From Gemmatimonadota bacterium (lineage in GTDB: Bacteria > Gemmatimonadota > Gemmatimonadetes > Gemmatimonadales > GWC2-71-9), in contig JBDHJM010000006.1 in assembly GCA_039586895.1 (NCBI GenBank), positions 13,079 through 77,078 of the forward strand: a DNA stretch of 64,000 nt. The letters are read 5' to 3'. The notes under the pieces were generated by a model. The model saw nothing but the letters and a program-made list of their open reading frames with translations. It made no database searches and was not told the origin of the DNA. How positions within the stretch are numbered: position 1 is the stretch's first letter; each line of letters opens with the position of its first letter. Position numbers and translations under genes: made by a program. Shown here piece by piece: positions 54,909-62,605 of the stretch.

Positions 54909-55747
54909 TGCCCACGATCCGCCTGGCGCACAGTCCCGACTCCGACGACGCGTTCATGTTCTACGCCCTCGCCGCAGGGAAAGTCCCCACCGGCGAGCGG
55001 AGCTACGAGCACGAGCTGCAGGACATCGAGACGCTCAACCAGCGCGCCCTGGCAGGCGAGCTGGACGTCACGGCGGTATCGATCCACGCCTACGCGTACC
55101 TGGCCGACTCGTACGCGCTGCTGCCGCACGGCGCTTCCATCGGGGACCGGTACGGACCGCGCCTCGTCGCCACCGAGCCGCCGCCGGCCAATCCCAGGGC
55201 GGCGCTGGCCGGAAAGCGCGTTGCGATTCCGGGCACACTCACCACCGCGGCCCTCGTGCTGCAGCTGTACCAGCCCGACATCGAGACGCAGGTTGTGCCG
55301 TTCGATGAGATCGAGGACGTCGTCGCATCGGGCTCCGTCGATGCCGGGCTGCTGATCCACGAGGGGCAGCTCACCTACGCCGACTCGGGGCTGCACCTCT
55401 GGGCCGACATGGGCAAGTGGTGGCACGAGGAAACCGGCCTGCCGCTCCCTCTGGGCGGCAATGCGGTGCGGCGCGACCTGGGCGAGCAGCTCATCGGCGC
55501 TGTGTCGCAGGACCTGCGAGCGAGCATCGTCTACGGGCTCGAGCACAGGCAGGAGGCGCTCGACCACGCGATGCAGTACGCGCGGGGGCTCGATCGAACC
55601 AAGGCCGACGAGTTCGTCGGCATGTACGTCAACGACTACACCGTCGACTACGGAGACACGGGCCGTCGTGCGGTGGAGCTGCTGCTGGAGCGTGCGGCGG
55701 ACGCGGGGATCATACCCTCCCGGGTCCCGGTCACCTTCGTTGCGTAG
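54908..55747 (+). CDS. mqnD: 1,4-dihydroxy-6-naphthoate synthase (futalosine menaquinone pathway)
   Basis: AHSPDSDDAFMFYAL, DIETLN, PGTLTTA, IHEGQLTY, LPLPLG, MYVN. Confidence 0.85.
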   Translation: MPTIRLAHSPDSDDAFMFYALAAGKVPTGERSYEHELQDIETLNQRALAGELDVTAVSIHAYAYLADSYALLPHGASIGDRYGPRLVATEPPPANPRAALAGKRVAIPGTLTTAALVLQLYQPDIETQVVPFDEIEDVVASGSVDAGLLIHEGQLTYADSGLHLWADMGKWWHEETGLPLPLGGNAVRRDLGEQLIGAVSQDLRASIVYGLEHRQEALDHAMQYARGLDRTKADEFVGMYVNDYTVDYGDTGRRAVELLLERAADAGIIPSRVPVTFVA

Positions 55748-56804
55748 CGGCGGCACCCTCCTGGCCGCCCTGTGCCTGCTCGCCGGCTGCTCGCCGGCGC
55801 CGCAGTGGGTCGCGGTAGCCGGAGGCGACGGGGCTGCCCTGCTGCTGTTCTCTCCCGACCTTTCTCGCACCGATACGATTCCTCTGCACGGCGAGCTCAG
55901 GCCCGGCGAGCTGGTACTGGATCACGGCTTCGCTGCAGACGGCAACAGCCTGTTCGTGCTGCTCTCGCACGCCGACGGAGCCTTAGGCGGCGGCGCCCTC
56001 CTGCGCGTCCCCAGAGCGGGCGGTGGCTCCGCTCAGCGAGAGCTCCTCACCAGCGGCACACCACGGGCCCTGGCCGTGCTCCCCACCGGGAGGGAAGTGC
56101 TGGTGGCGGCCACGATGGAGCGGGATTCGCTCACCGCGGATCTGCTCCAGTTCGTGCCCGTGGACGGGACTGCTCGGGGAGCCCGCGTGCCGGTGTGCCC
56201 CGGGGAGCTGCGTGGCACGGTCCCGTTCGACGTACTGCACGAGCTCTACGTGGTCTGCGCGGGCGACGCTGTAGCCGAAGTGGACACCGAGCTGCGCGTG
56301 GCCGTGCGCACGGTGGACCTGCCCGGCACCGGGCAGGAGGCCGCGGAAGCCAGGTGCGACCCCACCGCGGTGGGGCTGTCAGCCAACGGCACGCTGGTGT
56401 TCGTGCTGTGCCGCTCCAGCGGCCAGCTGCTGTACCTGGACCGCGTGCGCCTCACCGTGCTCGACTCTGTCGAGGTGGGCTCGGGAGGAACCGCCCTGGC
56501 CCTCACGCCCGGGCGCGATCGGGGACTGATCGCGCGAACCGGCCACGACGAGCTGCTGATCGTGGATTTCAGGCGGCGCGCGGTGACTCACCGGGTGGAG
56601 TTGGCCGCGCCACGAGACCCGGTCGTCAGCAGCGACGGGAAGTGGGCCTACGTGCTGGGGGGCAGCTCAGAGGCGCCCAGTCTGCACCGGCTGGAGCTCC
56701 GAAGAGGTGAGGCGGACGCGCAGGCCATGCTCCCCCCCGGCGCCGGGGGTGTGGACGTCTGGCCCGGGCACAAGAGCCCGGTGATGCGGTGGCGGGCCGA
56801 CTGA
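55740..56804 (+). CDS. Hypothetical lipoprotein, YVTN/beta-propeller-like
   Basis: LLAGC lipobox; repeats ADGNSLFV, ANGTLVFV, SDGKWAYV. Confidence 0.7.
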   Translation: MRSGGTLLAALCLLAGCSPAPQWVAVAGGDGAALLLFSPDLSRTDTIPLHGELRPGELVLDHGFAADGNSLFVLLSHADGALGGGALLRVPRAGGGSAQRELLTSGTPRALAVLPTGREVLVAATMERDSLTADLLQFVPVDGTARGARVPVCPGELRGTVPFDVLHELYVVCAGDAVAEVDTELRVAVRTVDLPGTGQEAAEARCDPTAVGLSANGTLVFVLCRSSGQLLYLDRVRLTVLDSVEVGSGGTALALTPGRDRGLIARTGHDELLIVDFRRRAVTHRVELAAPRDPVVSSDGKWAYVLGGSSEAPSLHRLELRRGEADAQAMLPPGAGGVDVWPGHKSPVMRWRAD

Positions 56805-56805
56805 G

Positions 56806-57246
56806 TCAGCGCCACCGCTTCATCCGCCCCAGCCTGGACACCGTGAGCGACTCGGCTGCCTCTCCCCGCCTCAGGATCAGCTTCGTGTTGGACGCCCCGC
56901 GGCCGAACCCGTTCGCGGCCACCCTGAGCACCGGCCTGCTTGCCGTGAGCTCGACCCCGTGGCGCGAGGGACCGGGCTGCGCGAGGAACACCGAGTCCGC
57001 CGCACCCTCGTAAACAGCCCTTAGTGAGTCACCACTCACTTCGATACGCACCTGCGCAGTACCCAACACCGCGCCGTAGCGGGCCCGGCCGTAGAACGAC
57101 CACACCTCGGCTGCTGCACGGCGCACCGCAAGCCTGTCGTTCCAACCCAACGTGCGCGCCGCTGCAAGCGTCGCAACGAGCGAAACGATCGCCAACACGA
57201 TCAACACCTCTGCCATCGTAGCACCCCTTCGCACACCGTAACCCAT
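56806..57246 (-). CDS. Prepilin-type N-terminal cleavage/methylation protein (FimT/GspH-like)
   Basis: RRG|ATMAEVLIVLAIV with Glu at +5; C-terminal VSRLGR. Confidence 0.8.
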   Translation of the reverse strand: MGYGVRRGATMAEVLIVLAIVSLVATLAAARTLGWNDRLAVRRAAAEVWSFYGRARYGAVLGTAQVRIEVSGDSLRAVYEGAADSVFLAQPGPSRHGVELTASRPVLRVAANGFGRGASNTKLILRRGEAAESLTVSRLGRMKRWR

Positions 57247-57399
57247 ATCACGGTCACTCGAGGTACACAGGGGCATAGTTGTCCGGTCTAGACCCAGACC
57301 GTGCGAGGCGAGTAGGCACTCTTGCCGCCCCTCGTGTCAGGCGGCATGTTAGGCAGGCCCTACACCCCTTCCACGGTCGCGACGGAGGATCCGAGGCAC

Positions 57400-58674
57400 G
57401 TGTCACCCTTGAACGCCAACGCTGAGCTGATTGGCAGCGCGAACGGCTTGCACGAGCCGTTCCTGCGACGTGCGGCAGACGCCGAAGCGGAGACCTCCAG
57501 CAGCCATGCGCTCGGGGCATTTCTCACCATGCGACTGGTGGACCAGTTCGCAGCCGATCGGCAGCCCCCGCATTCAGCTGCACTCACGTACCAGATCCGC
57601 GCCACCCGCGACTTCCTGACCGGACTCCACCCGCCCACCATAGAGGGCAACCACCTGCTGCAGATCGTACGGGTCGCCGAAGGCATCGGCGGCTCCGGGA
57701 AGGTCCGCATGCTGTGGCCGCCGCTGCTTGCGTTTGGCTACTGGCTCGAGAACGAGCTGCGGCTCGACGAGGCAATGGACGTACTGGAAAGCGGCCGGCG
57801 CCTCTCGGGCGAGGACGTGGGTGAGGAGGACGTCGCCGCGCTGCTCCAACTCGGACGTGTGCTGCGACGGGCCGGCAGGTACGAGGAATCGCGGGAAGCG
57901 TACGAGAACGGTGGAGCGCTTGCGGCGCGGCGCGGCGACACGCACTCCGAGATGCGCAGCCGCGTGGGACGCGCACGCGTGGCCCAGGAGCTGGGCAACC
58001 TCGCAGAGTGCGAGAGGATCCTGGAAGGGGTCCTGACAGATGCGCGGCGCAGCGGAGACACCTATGCGGAGGCCGTCGCGACTCACGACCTGGGCCAGAC
58101 GCACTACTTCATGGGACGGCACGCGAGCGCCATCCAGCTCACGTTCGGCGCGTTCAACCTGTACGAGCAACGCTCCGATCGCACGCGAGCGCTGAGCGAC
58201 ACCGGCTTGGTGCTCAAGGAGCTGGGGCATTACTCAGCTGCCAAGCGCGCCTTGCTGCTCACCCTGGAATACGATCCGCCGCCAGAGAATCGCACTCGCG
58301 CCTTGGTCGAGCTCATGGACCTCGGCGCGCTGATGCAGGACCGCCTGCTGTTCGAGCGGGGACGGCGCGAGATCAGCCAATCCCTCGACGTACTCCCGCC
58401 GGACGAGCGCGTTGAGTTCGAGATGAAGTTGGGGCGTGGTCTGTGGGCCTTCGACCGCCCTGCAGAGGGCGAGGCGCGCCTGGAGCAAGCCGTTGCCCTC
58501 GCCGAGCGGTATGGCCTGGGCGAGCGACTGTTCCGGGCCGAAGTGATGCTGCGGGAGATCAGGGAGAGCCGGCAGGCGGCGTTGCCGCCCACCGCGCTCC
58601 CTCCGGAGGAGCAACCCGCTCCGGAGCTGCGGGCTACGATAGACTCACTGAACGCCCTGGCCGGCAGTCGCTGA
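57400..58674 (+). CDS. Tetratricopeptide-repeat protein
   Basis: Successive TPR-like helices (LGRVLRRAGRYEESREAY, LGQTHYFMGRH, TGLVLKELGHYSAA); no signal peptide or obvious HTH; start 57400 or 57346. Confidence 0.8.
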   Translation: MSPLNANAELIGSANGLHEPFLRRAADAEAETSSSHALGAFLTMRLVDQFAADRQPPHSAALTYQIRATRDFLTGLHPPTIEGNHLLQIVRVAEGIGGSGKVRMLWPPLLAFGYWLENELRLDEAMDVLESGRRLSGEDVGEEDVAALLQLGRVLRRAGRYEESREAYENGGALAARRGDTHSEMRSRVGRARVAQELGNLAECERILEGVLTDARRSGDTYAEAVATHDLGQTHYFMGRHASAIQLTFGAFNLYEQRSDRTRALSDTGLVLKELGHYSAAKRALLLTLEYDPPPENRTRALVELMDLGALMQDRLLFERGRREISQSLDVLPPDERVEFEMKLGRGLWAFDRPAEGEARLEQAVALAERYGLGERLFRAEVMLREIRESRQAALPPTALPPEEQPAPELRATIDSLNALAGSR

Positions 58675-58692
58675 GCCAGGCGTCGGAGAGGT

Positions 58693-58863
58693 CTACCAGC
58701 CGCTTCCTGAGCTTCCCGTGTCGTTGAACTGGCACGCTGACTGATTGGTGCCGTCCTCGCAAGCGGCAAAGCCGGCTGGCTCTGTCGGACTTGCACAAGC
58801 TGCTGCGCTGAGAGCCAGGGCGCTGACGAGGGCTAGGGCGGCCAGACGGATACGACGGGACAT
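58693..58863 (-). CDS. 56-aa lipoprotein-signal peptide, putative signalling or RiPP-like precursor
   Basis: AGGAGG RBS; MSRRIRLAALALVSALALSAAA-CASPTEPAGFAACEDGTNQSACQFNDTGSSGSGW; appears in the ORF track only as the tail of a shadow ORF. Confidence 0.75.
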   Translation of the reverse strand: MSRRIRLAALALVSALALSAAACASPTEPAGFAACEDGTNQSACQFNDTGSSGSGW

Positions 58864-58943
58864 AAGACCCCTCCTGGGTTGGGTGCGGCTGGAGACGTAG
58901 TGGTCTGCACCAAATTCGGGGCGGGGGCGGGGGTCGGATAGAC

Positions 58944-58976
58944 CCTTTTCGGGACTTCGTGTGCCTTTTTTGGGAC
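58944..58976. promoter_or_regulatory. Direct repeats 21 bp apart, putative AraC-family operator
   Basis: CCTTTTCGGGAC (58944-58955) and CTTTTTTGGGAC (58965-58976) between the divergent peptide and AraC genes. Confidence 0.5.
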
Positions 58977-58980
58977 ATTT

Positions 58981-59793
58981 ATGCTCGTTCTCGCCGCCGT
59001 TCCTAGGACTTTTGCCACGCAGCTGATGCGGGCTGCCGGGCATCGGTTCCGCTTCCTGGCCGCAGGAAGCTGGTCCGAGGCGGTGGAGTCCATCCTCAAG
59101 GAGCCCTTGGAGATGGCCGTGGTCGACCCGGCCCTCGAGGGCGTGCCGCGGACCCAGGAGATCGAGCGTATTCGGGTTCTCTTCCCCTCCCTGCCGCTCA
59201 TCGTGTACACCGACCTCAGCCCCGGCGTGGTTGGGGCCCTGCTCCGGCTGGGGCGGGTGGGCGTGCGCGAGGTGGTGGTGGCGGGCCACGACGATCACCC
59301 GGAACGGCTGGGCGAGCTGCTGGTTCACGAGGCCGCCCGCGGGCTGTCCCGCAGGCTCATCGAGGAGATCGCCGATCTCCTGGTGGACTGCCCGGGTCAG
59401 CTGAAGTGGGCCATCGAGACAATCGTGCGCGAGCCGGCCGCGTTCCACACGGTGCGCGACCTGGCCGAGCGGGCCCGCATGGACCGGCGAACCTGTGCGC
59501 GCTGGTTTACCAAGGCCAACCTGCCTCCGCCCAGCGTAGTGCTGATGGTCTTCCGGGTGGTCTACGCCCATCGGCTGCTGCAGGACCCTGGCTACACCGT
59601 CGAGGACGTGGCCGCCAAGCTGGGCTACTCGAAAGCGCGCTCCTTCGCGCAGCACGTGAAGGAGGTGTTCGGGATGACGCCGGGCGAGCTGCGCGTCTCC
59701 CTCACCCCGGACGACGGCATCCGCATGGTGCGCGAGCGGTTCTTCCGCCGCGAGGGGGCGAAGGTCGTGGGCTCGCTGGCGAGCGCCTCGTGA
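58981..59793 (+). CDS. AraC-family regulator with degenerate receiver-like N-terminal domain
   Basis: C-terminal double HTH (TVEDVAAKLGYS...FAQHVKEVFGMTPGELR); N-terminal MAVVDP...PLIVYT. Confidence 0.9.
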   Translation: MLVLAAVPRTFATQLMRAAGHRFRFLAAGSWSEAVESILKEPLEMAVVDPALEGVPRTQEIERIRVLFPSLPLIVYTDLSPGVVGALLRLGRVGVREVVVAGHDDHPERLGELLVHEAARGLSRRLIEEIADLLVDCPGQLKWAIETIVREPAAFHTVRDLAERARMDRRTCARWFTKANLPPPSVVLMVFRVVYAHRLLQDPGYTVEDVAAKLGYSKARSFAQHVKEVFGMTPGELRVSLTPDDGIRMVRERFFRREGAKVVGSLASAS

Positions 59794-60188
59794 TGCCTCC
59801 CCTTTCGGTCCTGGTCGTCGATGACGAGGGCGGCATCCGCAAGGTGCTAACCCGCGCGCTGGGACGCATGGGCCTCTCTGTGCAGACGGCTATGAGCGGC
59901 GAAGAGGCGTGCGAGATCCTCTCCGACAACGAAGTGGACCTCGTGTTGATGGACCTGCGCATGCCGAGCATGTCGGGGCAGACGCTGTACCACATGATCG
60001 CCACCCAGTGGCCGCACCTGGCGGACCGCGTCATCGTCATGAGCGGCGATCCGGAGGCCCAGGACCACGAGGACTGGCTCGGCCTGCACGACCTGCCGGT
60101 CCTCACCAAACCTTTCGAAATCCAGCAGCTTCTCGATCTCGTCACCCGGCTCACCGCCAGCGAACGGCGCGAGGCCAACGGGCAGTAG
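59793..60188 (+). CDS. Single-domain response regulator
   Basis: VLVVDDE, LMDLRMP, MSG, TKPF. Confidence 0.92.
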   Translation: MPPLSVLVVDDEGGIRKVLTRALGRMGLSVQTAMSGEEACEILSDNEVDLVLMDLRMPSMSGQTLYHMIATQWPHLADRVIVMSGDPEAQDHEDWLGLHDLPVLTKPFEIQQLLDLVTRLTASERREANGQ

Positions 60189-60190
60189 GG

Positions 60191-60895
60191 ATGGGGACGC
60201 CGGGGGGGCGCGTGGACGATCCTCTGTTCAACCTGCGCGAGTACAGGCGTTTGGCGCCGTGGAACCTGCGTGACCTGGCCGCAGCGGCCGGCGCGATCCT
60301 GGACGCTTCGGGCGTGCGCCCGATCAACGCAGCAGCGAGCGCGCATCCGACCGAGCGGACCATCCGCTTCTACGTCACGCGCAACCTCGTGACGCCCCCC
60401 GACGGGCGCGGCACTGCCGCCACTTACTCCTACCGCCACCTGCTTCAGGTGCTGGCCATCAAGCTGCGCCAGATGGAAGGGGGCACGCTCGCCGACATCG
60501 GGACCGAGCTGGCCGAGACGACCGGCGACGTGCTGGAGCGGCGCGTCGCGGCCGCGCTGGGACCGGGCCTGCCGCCCCCGAGCCAGCTTCCCCTGACGGG
60601 CGAGAACGGCCAGCCGCGGGGCCGTGCGGGTCAGGCGCTGCGGGCGTGGACGCCTGCTGCCCCGGAGTCCGACGGCGACGACCGGACGCCGGCGACGTGG
60701 CAGCGGCTGCAGGTGGCCGATGGCGTGGAGCTGCACGTGCGCCAGGATCATCTGCTGGCACGGCATCCCGAGCTGCAGGGACAGGCGACCGACGCGGTAC
60801 GTCTGGCGATCGGCCGCATCCTGTCCCAGCTCGGCTCGATCCCCGGCGCAGCGAAACCGTCCGCGTCCATCGAGCGGACGAGTCAGCACGCGTGA
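60191..60895 (+). CDS. MerR-family HTH regulator
   Basis: TERTIRFYVTRNLVTPP...ATYSYRHLLQVLAIK..Q..G.TLADI; WQRLQVADGVELHV. Confidence 0.85.
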   Translation: MGTPGGRVDDPLFNLREYRRLAPWNLRDLAAAAGAILDASGVRPINAAASAHPTERTIRFYVTRNLVTPPDGRGTAATYSYRHLLQVLAIKLRQMEGGTLADIGTELAETTGDVLERRVAAALGPGLPPPSQLPLTGENGQPRGRAGQALRAWTPAAPESDGDDRTPATWQRLQVADGVELHVRQDHLLARHPELQGQATDAVRLAIGRILSQLGSIPGAAKPSASIERTSQHA

Positions 60896-60942
60896 ACCGC
60901 GGGACGGCCGCGCGCGCGATGGCACCAGCGAGGAGTTGAAGT

Positions 60943-61533
60943 ATGTCAACGTGGATCTTCTTGATCGTACTGGTCGTGGTGGTGCTGTGGGTGATCTCCG
61001 CCTACAACACCCTCGTGAACCTGAAGGGTCAGACGCTGAACGCCTGGAAGCAGATCGACGTGCAGCTCAAACGGCGCCACGATCTCATTCCCAACCTGGT
61101 CGAAGCGGTGAAGGGCGCCATGGAGTTCGAGCGGGACACGCTCGAGGCCGTGATCCAGGCGCGCAACCAGGCGGTGAAGGTGCAGGCCGACGCGTCGCCG
61201 ACCGGAGGAGTGGGACAGCTCGCGGCGGCGGAGGCCGCTCTGTCGTCGGCTCTGGGCCGCTTCAACCTCGTGGTCGAGCGCTACCCCGACCTCAAGGCTA
61301 CGGGCAACGTGGGCCAGCTGCAGGAAGAGCTGACTTCCACCGAGAACCGCGTGGCCTTCGCGCGGCAGCTCTACAACGACATGGCCACCACGTACAACGT
61401 GAAGCAGCAGCAGTTCCCGTGGAACATGATCGCCGGGATGGCGCGGTGCGAGCAGGTCGAGCTGTGGGAGATCACCGACGAGAAGGAACGCGAGGTGCCG
61501 CAGGTCGATCTGTCCATGAAGCCGAAGGAATAG
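60943..61533 (+). CDS. lemA: LemA family protein
   Basis: AWKQIDVQLKRRHDLIPNLV, VERYPDLKA, TENRVAFARQLYN, QFP. Confidence 0.95.
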   Translation: MSTWIFLIVLVVVVLWVISAYNTLVNLKGQTLNAWKQIDVQLKRRHDLIPNLVEAVKGAMEFERDTLEAVIQARNQAVKVQADASPTGGVGQLAAAEAALSSALGRFNLVVERYPDLKATGNVGQLQEELTSTENRVAFARQLYNDMATTYNVKQQQFPWNMIAGMARCEQVELWEITDEKEREVPQVDLSMKPKE

Positions 61534-61552
61534 GCTGGACCCCGAGGTCGGT

Positions 61553-62605
61553 GTGACGAGCGACGCCAACCTCTTTGCACAGCAGAAAGTGAATCGCCGC
61601 CGGTCGGCGATCCTCGTGGGAGTCTTCGTGCTCTTCTTCGCGTGGATCGGGTTCGGCGGCGATTTGGCGTTCTACCTCTACACGCTCGAAGCTCCCCCCG
61701 ACGTCTACCACCACACCATCCCGTGGTTCGGCATCGCCGCCACCGTGCTGGGCCTGTCCATGGCCTGGTTCGCGTGGCAGCGCGGCCCCAAGCAGGTGCT
61801 GTGGGCCACCGGCGCCTGGGAGCTGCTCAACCCCTCCAGCGACGAGGAGCGGCAGCTCGTGAACGTGGTTGAGGAGATGGCCATCGCATCGGGCCTGCCC
61901 AGGCCCAAGATCTGGATCGTGCCCGACAAGGACCCCAACGCGTTCGCAACGGGCATAAACGAGCGGATGGCGCACGTGGCCGTTACCGAGGGGCTGCTCA
62001 CCACCCTCAACCGGGATGAGACCCAGGCGGTCGTGGCTCACGAGATGGCGCACATCCAGAACCACGACGTCAAGCTGATGACCCTGCTGGCCGCCCTGGT
62101 GGGCGTGATGGTGCTCATCTCGGACGGCGCCTGGCGCTTCATGCGGTTCGGCGGGGGCTCGCGCCGCTCGGGCGGCGGTGGCGGCGGTGGCGGCGGCGGC
62201 GGCGGCAAGAAGGGCGGCGCCGGCGCCCTGGCGCTCATCATCCTCGTGCTGTGGCTCGTCAGCGTGCTGCTTGCGCCGCTCATCTCGCGGCTGCTTGCCT
62301 TCGGCGTGAGCCGCAAGCGGGAGTTCCTGGCCGACGCCACCGCGGCGCAGTTCACCCGCAACCCGACCGCCCTTGCAGCTGCGCTGCGCAAGATCGAGGA
62401 CGCCGCAGCCCCCACCAAGGCCATCAAGCGCGGCACGGCCCACCTGTGCATAGCCGATCCGCTGGGGCGGCGCCTGTCCAGCAAGGAGGGCTTCGTCGCC
62501 AACGTCCTCGCCACCCACCCTCCAATGGCCGTGCGCATTGCGCGGCTCAAGCGGATGGCCTACCAGTACGAGAAGACTGGAGAGCTCCCGGAGGCCATCA
62601 TCTGA
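61553..62605 (+). CDS. htpX: M48 family metallopeptidase (HtpX-like)
   Basis: PNAFATG, HEMAH, SRKREFLADA, THPP...RI; poly-Gly loop. Confidence 0.9.
   Translation: MTSDANLFAQQKVNRRRSAILVGVFVLFFAWIGFGGDLAFYLYTLEAPPDVYHHTIPWFGIAATVLGLSMAWFAWQRGPKQVLWATGAWELLNPSSDEERQLVNVVEEMAIASGLPRPKIWIVPDKDPNAFATGINERMAHVAVTEGLLTTLNRDETQAVVAHEMAHIQNHDVKLMTLLAALVGVMVLISDGAWRFMRFGGGSRRSGGGGGGGGGGGGKKGGAGALALIILVLWLVSVLLAPLISRLLAFGVSRKREFLADATAAQFTRNPTALAAALRKIEDAAAPTKAIKRGTAHLCIADPLGRRLSSKEGFVANVLATHPPMAVRIARLKRMAYQYEKTGELPEAII

Noticed and set aside
57349-57362. TTAGGCAGGCCCTA resembling the DtxR-like operator
   Set aside because: Single imperfect copy with no metal-related gene; may be chance
58864-59655. 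Upstream part of the 320-aa minus ORF 58693-59655
   Set aside because: Antisense to araC; only the last 56 codons have an RBS and a coherent signal peptide
62171-62206. GGC/GGT repeat run
   Set aside because: In-frame poly-Gly loop of the HtpX-like protease; not a CRISPR or phase-variation tract
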